64,000 nucleotides of DNA, from NCBI GenBank assembly GCA_049320885.1, contig JBMORA010000028.1:65306-129305 (forward strand), read 5' to 3'. Positions 20,488 to 30,805 of the stretch are shown piece by piece. The stretch is from Thermodesulfobacteriota bacterium. Lineage in GTDB: Bacteria; Desulfobacterota; Desulfobacteria; Desulfobacterales; SURF-7. The first letter of the stretch is position 1, and each line of letters begins with the position of its first letter. Both the position numbers and the translations under genes were made by a program. The notes below the pieces were generated by a model. That model did not search any database. It saw nothing but the letters and a program-made list of their open reading frames with translations, and had not been told where the DNA came from.

Positions 20488-20662
20488 GTGATCGCCCTGA
20501 CGTATCCAAAGAAAAGTTCCGTGGTTCCGTTTCAACGATCTGATTACAACAAAACGGGAAAACAGGCAACCGAAGGCTAATGGATGATAAACGGAAACAA
20601 TCACCATGTTTGAAAATTCGGATTGATATTCCGGATTTTCAATGATAATTTTTCGCTTTGAT

Positions 20663-21424
20663 ATGCGCCCTAAAACCAGCAAACAGACGCCGCCCCACGA
20701 CCGCATCATCCGCGACCTGCTGAAAGCGCTCCGGCCCCTCGCCTTTCCGCTGCCGGTCACCCATGTGTACAACCCCCTGGAATACGCCGCGGCCCCCCAT
20801 CGTCTCTATCTGGAACGCTACGGCCGGCCGGTCAAAGAGGTGGTGCTGCTGGGCATGAATCCGGGCCCCTGGGGCATGGCCCAGACCGGCGTGCCCTTCG
20901 GCGAAGTCGGTCTGGTGACATCCTGGCTGGGAATACAGGCGCCCGTGAATCAGCCGTTGAAGGTTCATCCCAAACGCCCCGTCCATGGATTTTCCTGCCC
21001 CAGGAGCGAAGTCAGCGGGAAACGGCTGTGGGGCTGGGCCAAAAGCCGCTTCGGCTCGCCGGAACGGTTTTTTGACCGCTTTTTCGTGGCCAATTACTGC
21101 CCGCTGGTCTTCATGGAAGCCTCGGGAAAGAACCGGACCCCGGACAACCTGCCGCCGGAAGCACGCACCCCCCTGCTGGCCGCCTGCGACGAGGCCCTGC
21201 GCCAGACCATTGATCTGTTGCGACCCCGATTCGTGGTGGGGATCGGTCGCTTTGCCGCGGACCGGGCCCGCCAGGCCTTGACCGGTTTCACGGACGTCAT
21301 CGGCCAGGCCACCCACCCCAGTCCGGCCAATCCCAAAGCCAACCGGGGATGGGAGGCGCTCTTCGAACATGAACTGGAAGCCCTGGGCATCCGGCTGCCC
21401 GGATCCGGCGAAAACCGCACATAA
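20663..21424 (+). CDS. SMUG1-type single-strand selective uracil-DNA glycosylase (UDG family 3)
   Basis: VYNPLEYA, LGMNPGPWGMAQTGVPFG, SEVSGKRLWG, NYCPL, HPSPANP. Confidence 0.9.
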   Translation: MRPKTSKQTPPHDRIIRDLLKALRPLAFPLPVTHVYNPLEYAAAPHRLYLERYGRPVKEVVLLGMNPGPWGMAQTGVPFGEVGLVTSWLGIQAPVNQPLKVHPKRPVHGFSCPRSEVSGKRLWGWAKSRFGSPERFFDRFFVANYCPLVFMEASGKNRTPDNLPPEARTPLLAACDEALRQTIDLLRPRFVVGIGRFAADRARQALTGFTDVIGQATHPSPANPKANRGWEALFEHELEALGIRLPGSGENRT

Positions 21425-21474
21425 TACCCATTCGATATAATGTTAAAACGATATTTGTTCTTCGGCGCTTGTCC

Positions 21475-21557
21475 GGAAGCCGGAGTCCACTGCCATTCAA
21501 CCTACTGGATGCCGGACCGAGTCCGGCGCGAAAGAGACCGGGAACTCCGGCTTTTCC
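21475..21557. repeat. Degenerate REP/MITE-like palindromic element
   Basis: AAGCCGGAGT pairs with ACTCCGGCTT; internal CTGGATGCCGGACCGAGTCCGGC hairpin; single copy in the window. Confidence 0.35.
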
Positions 21558-21585
21558 ATGTATTTTTATTCCGATTCATGATATT

Positions 21586-21618
21586 CTAACCGCTTCCTAA
21601 CCAAATCCTAACAAAAAT
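21586..21618 (+). promoter_or_regulatory. Pho-box-like direct repeats upstream of pstC
   Basis: CTAAC at 21586, 21597 and 21608, exact 11-bp period, directly upstream of the pst-pho operon. Confidence 0.65.
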
Positions 21619-21678
21619 AAGTTTAGATGTCGGTGTGTTCGGATTGCGCCAGTACCTCATGGGGATGGGAGTTGTTGG

Positions 21679-22572
21679 ATGAAACACCGCCGCCAATTGA
21701 TGGAGAAAGGCATTCATTGGGCTTTTTTCCTGATCGCCTTCGCCTCCATATCGGTTTTGCTGATGATCGCCTTTTTTCTGTTCCTGGAAGGCCTGCCGAT
21801 ATTCCAGCGGGTGAGCGTCCGGGAATTCCTTTTCGGACAATACTGGTACCCCACCGCCGATCCCGCGGACTTCGGTATTTTCCCCCTGATAGTCGGTTCC
21901 CTGGCCGTAACCTTGGCCTCCTCCCTCATCGCCATCCCCCTGGGGGTCATGACCGCGGTATATCTGGCGGAAATCGCTTCCTTCCGGCTGCGGGAAATCG
22001 TCAAACCCCTGGTGGAAATCCTGGCGGCCCTGCCCTCGGTGGTAATCGGTTTTTTCGGCATGGTGGTGGTGGCGCCGTTCCTGCAGAGGCATTTCGACAT
22101 CGTGACGGGCCTCAACCTGGTCAATGCGGCGATCATGCTGGCGTTCATGTCCGTGCCGACCATCTGCAGCATATCGGAGGACGCCATTTACAGCGTGCCG
22201 AACAACCTGAGGGAGGGTTCCCTGGCCCTGGGCGCCACCCATTGGGAAACCATTGTCCGGGTGGTGATTCCGGCCTCCGTTTCCGGGATCAGCACGGCCG
22301 TCATCCTGGGTATGTCCCGCTCCATCGGGGAAACCATGGTGGTGCTGATGATCGCCGGCGGAGCCGCCATGGTTCCGGAATCGCTCTTTGATCCGGTGAG
22401 GCCCATGACGGCCAGCATCGCGGCGGAAATGGCCGAAGCGCCTTTCCGGGGCGATCACTACTACGCCCTCTTCGCCACCGGCATCGTTTTGTTTGTCTTC
22501 ACCCTTGTATTCAATATCATAGCCGATACCATCGCGCATAAATCCAGACAGGTAGGCGAGGCCACCCTGTAA
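21679..22572 (+). CDS. pstC: Phosphate ABC transporter permease PstC
   Basis: FGIFPLIVGS, ALPSVVIGFFG, REGSLALGATHWET, SRSIGETMVV. Confidence 0.93.
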   Translation: MKHRRQLMEKGIHWAFFLIAFASISVLLMIAFFLFLEGLPIFQRVSVREFLFGQYWYPTADPADFGIFPLIVGSLAVTLASSLIAIPLGVMTAVYLAEIASFRLREIVKPLVEILAALPSVVIGFFGMVVVAPFLQRHFDIVTGLNLVNAAIMLAFMSVPTICSISEDAIYSVPNNLREGSLALGATHWETIVRVVIPASVSGISTAVILGMSRSIGETMVVLMIAGGAAMVPESLFDPVRPMTASIAAEMAEAPFRGDHYYALFATGIVLFVFTLVFNIIADTIAHKSRQVGEATL

Positions 22573-22576
22573 TATC

Positions 22577-23557
22577 ATGACTTCACAGAGACGCGGACAT
22601 ATGAAACCATCTTCTGCAACCCCACGGGCGGTTTTGGAAGCCCCCCGGCCGGAAACAGTCCGGGCGGCTTCCGCAGCCGGCAGGCTGGCGGCTGATCCGG
22701 AGCTTTGGCGCAAACGCAACCGCCGCCAGAAAATCATTTTCAGCCTGTTCCAAGCAGCGGCGGTCATCAACGGATCGGCCCTGGTTCTGGTGGTGGGATT
22801 CATTTTTTTGCGGGGCTGGCGCGCCGTCACCTGGACATTCCTGATCCAGCCGCCCCTGGATTCCATGACCCGGGGGGGAATTCTTCCCTGTATTGTCGGC
22901 ACCCTGCTGCTGAGCCTGGGCGCCATCGCGGTGGCCATGCCCATCGGGGTGGCCTCGGCCATCTATCTGAACGAATACGCCGCCAGCGGCCGCCTGCTCC
23001 GGATCATCCGCCTGGGGATCAACAACCTTGCCGGCGTGCCATCCATCGTTTTCGGCTTGTTCGGTCTGTCCTTTTTCGTGATCTATCTGAAAATGGGCGT
23101 GAGCATCCTGGCCGGCGCATTGACCCTGGGGGTCATGACCCTTCCGGTGATGATCGGCGCCACCGAGGAAGCCCTGAAGGCCGTACCGAATACTTTCCGG
23201 GAAGCCTCGCTGGGGCTGGGCGCCACCAAGTTTCAGACCATCCTGCGGGTGGTCCTGCCCTCGGCCCTCCCCGGCATCCTCACCGGCGGCATTCTGGGAA
23301 TCAGCCGGGCCGCCGGGGAGACGGCGCCCATCATGTTCACCGCCGCCGTCTATTATACGCCGGATCTGCCGGAATCCATCTTTGATGAAATCATGGCCCT
23401 GCCCTATCACATCTATGTGCTGGCCACCGCCGGAACGGAAATCGAAAAAACGCGCCCCCTGCAATACGGAACCTCCCTGGTGCTGATCGTGCTGGTCCTG
23501 GGCATGACCCTGGCGGCGGTCCTGTATCGCTCCCGGTTGCGGCGCCGCATGCGTTGA
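22577..23557 (+). CDS. pstA: Phosphate ABC transporter permease PstA
   Basis: GGILPCIVGT, LAGVPSIVFGLFG, REASLGLGATK, RAAGETAP; start may be 22601. Confidence 0.92.
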   Translation: MTSQRRGHMKPSSATPRAVLEAPRPETVRAASAAGRLAADPELWRKRNRRQKIIFSLFQAAAVINGSALVLVVGFIFLRGWRAVTWTFLIQPPLDSMTRGGILPCIVGTLLLSLGAIAVAMPIGVASAIYLNEYAASGRLLRIIRLGINNLAGVPSIVFGLFGLSFFVIYLKMGVSILAGALTLGVMTLPVMIGATEEALKAVPNTFREASLGLGATKFQTILRVVLPSALPGILTGGILGISRAAGETAPIMFTAAVYYTPDLPESIFDEIMALPYHIYVLATAGTEIEKTRPLQYGTSLVLIVLVLGMTLAAVLYRSRLRRRMR

Positions 23558-23611
23558 GGCAGGAGACTTCTTCGTGCAAGGAACAGTGAAACACGGAACG
23601 GAACGATCGAC

Positions 23612-24388
23612 ATGACCCATCCCGAAACGGAACGACCGTACAAAATGCAGTCCAGGGGCCTGAACTTCTTTTATGGCGGCTCCCAGGCCCTTCATGATAT
23701 TCATCTGGATTTTCTTTCCCATCAGGTCACGGCCCTCATCGGACCCTCGGGATGCGGCAAAAGCACCTTCCTGAGATGTCTGAACCGGATGAACGACCTG
23801 ATTCCGAAAACCCGGGTCACCGGAGAGCTGCTGCTGGACGGTCGCAATATCTACGCCCCGGATATCGACGTGGTCGCCCTGCGCAGCCGCATCGGCATGG
23901 TATTCCAGAAACCGAACCCCTTTCCCAAAACCATTTTCGAAAACGTCGCCTATGGGTTGCGGGTAAAGGGAATCAAGGACAAGCGGTTCATCACCGAGCA
24001 GGTTGAAAAGACCCTCAAACAGGGTGCGCTCTGGGAAGAAGTGAAGGATCGGCTGCACGATTCGGCCCTGGGGCTGTCCGGGGGCCAGCAGCAGCGCCTC
24101 TGCATCGCCCGGGCCCTGGCCGTGGAACCGGAAATCCTGCTGATGGACGAGCCCTGCTCGGCCCTGGATCCCATCGCGACCCAGAAAATCGAGGACCTGA
24201 TCCACGAATTAAAGGAAAACTACACCATCATCGTGGTCACCCACAACATGCAGCAGGCGGCCAGGGTCTCGGACATAACCGCGTTCTTCTATCTGGGAAA
24301 ACTGATCGAGGTTGGCGAGACCGACACCCTGTTCACCAGACCGCGGCTGAAGCAGACCGAGGATTATATCACCGGGCGGTTTGGGTAG
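23612..24388 (+). CDS. pstB: Phosphate ABC transporter ATPase PstB
   Basis: [44 protein letters not shown]. Confidence 0.97.
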   Translation: MTHPETERPYKMQSRGLNFFYGGSQALHDIHLDFLSHQVTALIGPSGCGKSTFLRCLNRMNDLIPKTRVTGELLLDGRNIYAPDIDVVALRSRIGMVFQKPNPFPKTIFENVAYGLRVKGIKDKRFITEQVEKTLKQGALWEEVKDRLHDSALGLSGGQQQRLCIARALAVEPEILLMDEPCSALDPIATQKIEDLIHELKENYTIIVVTHNMQQAARVSDITAFFYLGKLIEVGETDTLFTRPRLKQTEDYITGRFG

Positions 24389-24432
24389 GAAGAAGATAGA
24401 ATTATCTCAATATGCGGAGAGGAAAACAGCCG

Positions 24433-25095
24433 ATGCCAAAACATCTGCAACGCGAGCTGGATAAAATCAAAAAAACCATCCTCACCCTGGGCGCCATGGT
24501 GGAAGAGCGGGTACGCATGGCGGTCCAGTCCATTGAAAGCCGGGATGAGGCCCTGGCCCAACGGGTGATTCAGGCGGATCACGATATTGACGAGATGGAA
24601 GTCGAAATTGAGGAGGAATGCCTCAAAATCCTGGCCCTGCATCAGCCGGTGGCCGTGGATCTGCGGTTTATCGTGGCGGTGATCAAAATCAACAACGAAC
24701 TGGAAAGCATCGCCGATCAGACCGTCAATATCGCCCAGCGCGTCATGACCATTGCCAGACGGCCGGCTTTCGAAACGGTTTTCGATTTTTCCCTGATGGC
24801 GGAAAAGGCCCAGGCCATGCTCAAGAAAAGCCTGGACGCCCTGGTCAATCTGGATGTAGATTTGGCTTTCAAGGTATTGTTGATGGATGATGAGGTGGAC
24901 CGCCTGCGCAACGAGGCCTATGATCAAATCAAGAAAGCCATGGCGGCCAACCCGGATCGCCTGGGGCTGTTGATCAACATGCTGCTGATTTCGCGGCATC
25001 TGGAACGACTGGCGGATTACACCACCAATATAGCGGAAGAAGTCATTTATCTCATTGAAGGTGAAATCATTCGTCACGGAAGATCGAACCTATGA
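24433..25095 (+). CDS. phoU: Phosphate signalling protein PhoU
   Basis: QPVAVDLR, D.EVD, LERLADYTTNIAEEVIY. Confidence 0.95.
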   Translation: MPKHLQRELDKIKKTILTLGAMVEERVRMAVQSIESRDEALAQRVIQADHDIDEMEVEIEEECLKILALHQPVAVDLRFIVAVIKINNELESIADQTVNIAQRVMTIARRPAFETVFDFSLMAEKAQAMLKKSLDALVNLDVDLAFKVLLMDDEVDRLRNEAYDQIKKAMAANPDRLGLLINMLLISRHLERLADYTTNIAEEVIYLIEGEIIRHGRSNL

Positions 25096-25784
25096 TATCC
25101 AAAACCATTCTCGTAGTGGACGATGAGGAAGACATCCTCGAACTGGTCCGGTACAACCTGACCCGGGAAGGATACCGGATCATCACCGCCGAGACCGGTG
25201 AAACCGCCGTTAGCCTGGTGGGGAAAGAGGACATCGACCTGATCGTGCTGGATTTGATGTTGCCGGGCATGGATGGGCTGGAGGTCACCCGGTACCTGAA
25301 AAACAACTCCCGGACCCGTTCCATCCCCATCATCATGCTCACCGCCAAGGGCGAGGAACCCGATATCGTGGCCGGCCTGGAACTCGGCGCCGACGATTAC
25401 ATCACCAAACCGTTTTCACCCCGGGTATTGATGGCCCGGGTGAAAGCGGTGGTCCGCCGCCGTGATCACCAGGAACCGAAAGCGGATGAACTGATCCGCA
25501 TGGGCGAATTGACCATTCATCCCGGACGCCACGAAGTCGCCATCGCGGGACAAGCCGTGGAGTTGACCCTCACGGAATTTCAAATCCTGCAGTATCTGTC
25601 CAAACGACCCGGCTGGGTGGCCACCCGCTCCCAGATCGTGGACGCCGTCCGGGGCGTTGGCTACGCCGTCACCGATCGCAGCGTCGATGTGCAAATCGTC
25701 GGCTTGAGGAAAAAAATGGGCCAATACAGTCATTGGATTCAAACCGTGCGCGGTGTCGGCTACAAATTCAGGGAAAAACCATGA
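25092..25784 (+). CDS. phoB: OmpR-family response regulator PhoB/PhoP
   Basis: Receiver plus winged helix (DRSVDVQIVGLRKK, IQTVRGVGY); ATGA overlap with phoU. Confidence 0.88.
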   Translation: MISKTILVVDDEEDILELVRYNLTREGYRIITAETGETAVSLVGKEDIDLIVLDLMLPGMDGLEVTRYLKNNSRTRSIPIIMLTAKGEEPDIVAGLELGADDYITKPFSPRVLMARVKAVVRRRDHQEPKADELIRMGELTIHPGRHEVAIAGQAVELTLTEFQILQYLSKRPGWVATRSQIVDAVRGVGYAVTDRSVDVQIVGLRKKMGQYSHWIQTVRGVGYKFREKP

Positions 25785-27568
25785 CAAAACGGCGGCGTCT
25801 CATCTGGCAGCTCTATCCTTCCTATCTGTTGATCACGCTTTTTTCCCTGCTTGCGGTCAGCTGGTACACCTCCGCCTCCATGAAGCGGTTTCTGCTGGAG
25901 CGCACGGCAGCCGAACTCACCACCCAGGGCAATCTGCTGAAGGAAATGTTTCAGCAACATGTCATGCCGCTGGAAGAAGAACGGATCGACCGGGCCTGCA
26001 AAAGGGCGGCCGCGTCGACGGTGACCCGCCTCACCGTGATTCTGCCCGACGGCAAGGTCGCGGGCGATTCGGAAGCGGAACCCGCATCCATGGAAAATCA
26101 CGGCGACCGTCCGGAGGTGCGCAAGGCGCTGGCCGGCAAGACATCTTCCGCCGTTCGCTACAGCACCACCCTGGAAAAAAACCTGATGTACGTTGCGATT
26201 CCGATTGTTGCGGAAGACAGCGTGGCGGCCATTCTGCGCGTCTCCAGTCCCATCGAAGCCATGGAGAAACAACTGAATTCCATCCGCCTGAGGATCGCCC
26301 TCGGCGGGCTGTTCATGGCCGGCCTGGCCGCCGGCATCTGCCTGCTGGTCTCCCGCCGGATCGTCCGCCCCATTGAATACATGAAACAGGGGGTGGAGCA
26401 GTTCGCCAGGGGGGATCTGAAGCGCCCCCTGCTGGTGCCCGACACCCTGGAACTGGCCGGCCTGGCGGAGTCCATGAACGCGGTGGCCGTGCAGCTGGAA
26501 AACCGCATCGAAACCGTCATCAATCAGAAAAACGAATACGAATCGGTTCTGGCCAGCATGATGGAGGGCGTCATCGCCCTGGACATGAACGAATGCATCA
26601 TCAGCATCAACCAGGCGGCCATGACGATTCTCGGGCAAACGACCGGGAATCTGAAAGGCCGGCGGATTCAGGAGTTGACCCGCAGCAGCGAACTCTATCA
26701 GTTCGTGTCCGACGCCATCTCCACGGGAAAACTGACGGAAGGCGACATCGTTTTCCATGCCGACGAGGAACGCATCGTTCATACCCAGAGCATCCCCCTG
26801 CGCAATGCCGTTGAAAAATGTATCGGCACCCTGCTGGTCCTGAACGACGTCACCCAGCTTCGCCAGTTGGAGACGATCCGGCGGGACTTTGTGGCCAACG
26901 TCTCCCACGAGATCAAAACTCCCCTCACCGCCATCAAGGGGTTCGTGGAGACCCTTCTCCAGGACAGGGTCGACAGCCAGGCGGAAGCCCATCGCTTCCT
27001 CACCATCATCGACAAGCACGTGGACCGGCTCAGCTCCATTGTCGAGGATCTGCTCTCCCTGGCCAGGATAGAGCAGAAAGGCGGCCCACAGGAAATCAAC
27101 CTGGAAAGCAAGCGGCTGAAGACGATCATGGAAACCGCCATCCAGGTGATTCAGCCCAAGGCGGAAGAAAAACACATCGCCATCCAGCTGGATTGCGACG
27201 ACAGCCTTTGCGCCCGACTCGATGCCACCCTCATGGACCAGGCCCTGGTGAACCTCATCGACAACGCCGTCAAATACAGCCCCGAAGGCGGCAGCATCCA
27301 TCTCCGGGCCGGCATCAGGGGCATGGACATCGCCATCATGGTGACGGACAATGGTCCGGGCATCCCCCAGAAGCACCTTCCCCGGCTCTTCGAGCGTTTC
27401 TACCGCGTGGACAAGGCCAGAAGCCGGAAACTCGGCGGCACCGGCCTGGGACTGGCCATCGTCAAACACGCGGTCCAGTCCCATGGCGGCCAGGTCAGCG
27501 TGGAAAGCGCAGTGGGCAAAGGCACCACCTTCGAGATCCGTCTGCCCCAGTCTCTTCTGGAGAAATGA
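25781..27568 (+). CDS. phoR: Sensor histidine kinase PhoR (dCache-HAMP-PAS-HisKA-HATPase)
   Basis: ENHGDRPEV, DFVANVSHEIKTPLT, FERFYRVDKARSR.LGGTGLGLAIVKH; ATGA overlap with phoB. Confidence 0.88.
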   Translation: MTKRRRLIWQLYPSYLLITLFSLLAVSWYTSASMKRFLLERTAAELTTQGNLLKEMFQQHVMPLEEERIDRACKRAAASTVTRLTVILPDGKVAGDSEAEPASMENHGDRPEVRKALAGKTSSAVRYSTTLEKNLMYVAIPIVAEDSVAAILRVSSPIEAMEKQLNSIRLRIALGGLFMAGLAAGICLLVSRRIVRPIEYMKQGVEQFARGDLKRPLLVPDTLELAGLAESMNAVAVQLENRIETVINQKNEYESVLASMMEGVIALDMNECIISINQAAMTILGQTTGNLKGRRIQELTRSSELYQFVSDAISTGKLTEGDIVFHADEERIVHTQSIPLRNAVEKCIGTLLVLNDVTQLRQLETIRRDFVANVSHEIKTPLTAIKGFVETLLQDRVDSQAEAHRFLTIIDKHVDRLSSIVEDLLSLARIEQKGGPQEINLESKRLKTIMETAIQVIQPKAEEKHIAIQLDCDDSLCARLDATLMDQALVNLIDNAVKYSPEGGSIHLRAGIRGMDIAIMVTDNGPGIPQKHLPRLFERFYRVDKARSRKLGGTGLGLAIVKHAVQSHGGQVSVESAVGKGTTFEIRLPQSLLEK

Positions 27569-27617
27569 ACCATTATGTATGCAGGCTGCGCTTCCCCATT
27601 AGGATTTCAACGGTTTT

Positions 27618-29528
27618 TCAGCGCGACTGCCCGGCCAGCCGGCGGTAGGCTTCCCGGCTCACGGACCGCTCCTCGTGAATCATCCGGTCCCAGATCCGCT
27701 GCTCCTTTTCCCAGGCGTCGCGGAAGGCGGCGCTCTCCTCGATTTCCTTCCACCGGCGATGGCAGCCGGCTGTTTTCCCGGCCTTGGGCTTGAGGCGGAT
27801 GCGGCGGAAGACATCCCTGCCGCCGTGTTCGTACCAGAGCAGGGTATGAGCCGTGGACAGGGAGCCGGCCCAGGGATAGGAATGCAGCCACCAGCCCGAG
27901 GAAAGTTTCTCTATGGCCGCATCCAGTTTTTCCTGGTCCCGGTGGCTCTTGGAAGCCCTGGCCTCCGTGTAAAACAAAGCGGTCTGGAACACATCGCCTT
28001 TCACCCCCCACACTTCCCGGACGCCGTATTCCTCCGGATGACGGGCGATATGGGAGCCATGGCTCAGATCGAAACGGCCGCAGATGAACAGGGCCACATC
28101 TTCTTGCAGGTCCTCGATCATCCGGAGCGTGGCGCGGGCCTCACCGTAAGTTTCCGTGGGAAATCCCAGGAAGCACATGGCTTCGGCGGCAATGCCGGCC
28201 GCCGACAGATTGCGGATGGCGGCCACGGCATTCTCCGTCGTGAGACCCTTGCGGATCAATTTCAGCACGCGTTCCGCCCCGCTCTCGATCCCCAGGGCGA
28301 CGCTCAAGGCTCCGCCCTTTGCCAGCTCCCGACAGAATCCGGCCGTCAGGGCCGGCTCCGGCCGCATGTCCGTTCCCCAGCGGCAGTCGATACCGGCCGC
28401 CTGTATGCCCCTGGCCAGGGCAAGGGCGGTTTTCGGCGCCAGGGCGTCCTGGGAAAAGTAGATCATCCGGCAATCGAAACCGTCGACAAGAAGACGGATA
28501 TCCTCGATCATCCGCTCCACCGGCCGTTCCCGGTACGGCGCCACGCCGGATTCGCACAAGCCGTAATGACAGAAGGCGCATTTGCCCCAATAACAACCGC
28601 GGGTGGGATCATAGGACAATACCGGCCGGGGACTGAAATAGGAAGCCAGGGGGAACCCACTGTAGTCTGGCACGGGAAGTTCCTCCATACTGCGAACCGG
28701 CCGGCCGTAAAGGATAGGTTCCGGCTTCCGGCCGTTCCGCAACGCGACGATCAATTCTTCCAAAGCCGTCTCGCCCTCGAAGAGCACCGCGGAATGAAAA
28801 GGCCCGAGCAAGTTCTTCCGTTGTTCCGGCGCCGCCCGGAGGAGCAGCTGGGTCATGGCCGGTCCTCCGGCGGTTACGTGCACATGGGGCAGCTGTCCGC
28901 GGACGGCATGGGCCAGGGAGTATGCTGGCTGAATCTGTCCGGGAAACGCCACCGAAATGCCCACAATCGGAATGGCCGCTTCCCGCAGTCTGGCCGTCAG
29001 TTCCCGGAAATATCCGCCAAACGGATCGTTGTCCGGACCGGCGTCCCGTTCGATCTCCGCGAGATTCAACAGGGAAAACGGCGTGCGGTAGGATTTGAAA
29101 TCCATTTGCAGCGGTGTATAGGCGGCGCTCACCAGCCGGAGCGACTTTTCTACGGTTTCAACCGCCTCCTGATAGCGCGCCGGATCAAAAAACAGGCGGC
29201 CGGAACGATCCCGCAACACCGTCAAACTAGCCTGGATCCTGCCCGGGACCTCCTGCGCGAAGCAGGCCCCCCGGACAAGTTCATAATGCGCCAATTGCTC
29301 TCCATGACTGCGCGCCGCCTTTTTTTCAAGGCGGCGGAGGCGTTTGTGGATCCGCTCCCCCAGTTTCCCAAGGTGCTCCGGCCGCAGCAGCCACTCAAAG
29401 GCTTCCACGTTGGCGTCGATGGCCAGCACCCGGATTCCCCGGGTTCTCAGGTATCCGGCCAGGGAAGGAACGGAAATATAGGGCGCCGTGGGATCGCAGG
29501 ACGGGGGAAAAATCAGGGCTATGCTCAT
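27618..29528 (-). CDS. Cobalamin-binding radical SAM protein (class B-like)
   Basis: LIFPP...PYIS...L.GYLR N-terminus, GG P loop, EGE, RGCYWGKCAFC CxxxCxxC, GIESG, GFPTET; start may be 29549. Confidence 0.85.
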   Translation of the reverse strand: MSIALIFPPSCDPTAPYISVPSLAGYLRTRGIRVLAIDANVEAFEWLLRPEHLGKLGERIHKRLRRLEKKAARSHGEQLAHYELVRGACFAQEVPGRIQASLTVLRDRSGRLFFDPARYQEAVETVEKSLRLVSAAYTPLQMDFKSYRTPFSLLNLAEIERDAGPDNDPFGGYFRELTARLREAAIPIVGISVAFPGQIQPAYSLAHAVRGQLPHVHVTAGGPAMTQLLLRAAPEQRKNLLGPFHSAVLFEGETALEELIVALRNGRKPEPILYGRPVRSMEELPVPDYSGFPLASYFSPRPVLSYDPTRGCYWGKCAFCHYGLCESGVAPYRERPVERMIEDIRLLVDGFDCRMIYFSQDALAPKTALALARGIQAAGIDCRWGTDMRPEPALTAGFCRELAKGGALSVALGIESGAERVLKLIRKGLTTENAVAAIRNLSAAGIAAEAMCFLGFPTETYGEARATLRMIEDLQEDVALFICGRFDLSHGSHIARHPEEYGVREVWGVKGDVFQTALFYTEARASKSHRDQEKLDAAIEKLSSGWWLHSYPWAGSLSTAHTLLWYEHGGRDVFRRIRLKPKAGKTAGCHRRWKEIEESAAFRDAWEKEQRIWDRMIHEERSVSREAYRRLAGQSR

Positions 29529-29773
29529 TAAAGACTCCAGGCTGTTCATGAACCGGTTTTTTCGCCGATCCATACCAGAAATTCCTCTTTTTTGAAAAAA
29601 GTCCATGCATTTCCGCATGGCCGATGGAAATCCGGCAGAAAAAACAGTTGCAATACGTTCCCGGTTCCGGTATGGAATGGCAGCTTACCGTTAATAAAAA
29701 TATAAACAATTTCATTTAGTTGCAATACAGACAGGCCGACGCGGCCATTACCGGACGGAAACGAGGAAGGGTT

Positions 29774-30805
29774 TTGAGAAAAATTCTGATCATCAAGCTG
29801 TCGTCGCTGGGAGATATTTTCATGGCGCTGCCCCATATCGAGGCGGTGGTCAACCATCATCCCGGCGACACCGTTTACCTGCTGACGACACCGCCCTTCG
29901 CGGATCTGTTCGCTCATCATCCCCGGTTGAAAACCGTCATTCTGGACCGCTCCAAATGGTTGGCTCCGGATAGCTCCCTGGGCAGGCGGAACTGGATCCG
30001 GCAGGGGCGCTTCGACGTTGTCTACGATCTTCAAGGCAACCGTATCAGCCGCATGCTGGTGCGCGCCTCGAAAGCGCCCGTGCGGGTCGGGAAAAAAGGC
30101 GGTTCGGTGTATACCTGCCACCCGCCGTCCGACGACGAAGACCGGCATGTGTTCGAGCGCCTGACATCCTTTGTCGCCGCCGCCGGCGTGCCGGAGGTCC
30201 CTTCCCGGAGTACCCTGTATCCGTCTCTGGCCGACACGGAGCGGGTGGCCAGATGGAAGACGGATCATGGTATCCTGGACGGCCGGTATGTGATTTTTCA
30301 CGCCGGTTCCAGTCCCGAATGGCCGTCCAAAAGATGGCCGGCCGATTACTACGAAAAGCTGGCCCTCCTGCTGGAGCAGGCGGGATTTCAGTGCATCTGG
30401 GTGGGCGGCAGGGCGGACGAGGGACTGAACCACCGGCTGGCGTCCCGGGCGGGAGTCGACGCCACCGGCAAATTCAACACCATGCAACTGTATCTGCTGG
30501 GTGAAAACGCCGCCATGGCCGTCACCAATGATTCCGGCCCCATGCATATTCTGGCGGCGGCGGGCATTCCGGTGTTCACTTTTTTCGGCCCCACCAACTG
30601 GTTCAAGCACCATGCGGTGGGACAGAAGCAGCGGGTGATGTACCACCCCGTGGATTGCGGTCCCTGCTACCGCAAAAAATGCCCGCCCCGGTTCGGCCAT
30701 ATCTGCATGCATTCCATTCAGCCGAAAACCGCGTTTTCAAAAATTCAGCAGGAACTGGGAGACGTTCGACCCGGTTCCTCCTCCGAAGAGGATGAGCATG
30801 ACTGA
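29774..30805 (+). CDS. Glycosyltransferase family 9 (heptosyltransferase-like)
   Basis: KILIIKLSSLGD, KRWP, NDSGPMH, FGPT, C.PC...CP...CM; TTG start after GAGGAAGG. Confidence 0.9.
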   Translation: MRKILIIKLSSLGDIFMALPHIEAVVNHHPGDTVYLLTTPPFADLFAHHPRLKTVILDRSKWLAPDSSLGRRNWIRQGRFDVVYDLQGNRISRMLVRASKAPVRVGKKGGSVYTCHPPSDDEDRHVFERLTSFVAAAGVPEVPSRSTLYPSLADTERVARWKTDHGILDGRYVIFHAGSSPEWPSKRWPADYYEKLALLLEQAGFQCIWVGGRADEGLNHRLASRAGVDATGKFNTMQLYLLGENAAMAVTNDSGPMHILAAAGIPVFTFFGPTNWFKHHAVGQKQRVMYHPVDCGPCYRKKCPPRFGHICMHSIQPKTAFSKIQQELGDVRPGSSSEEDEHD

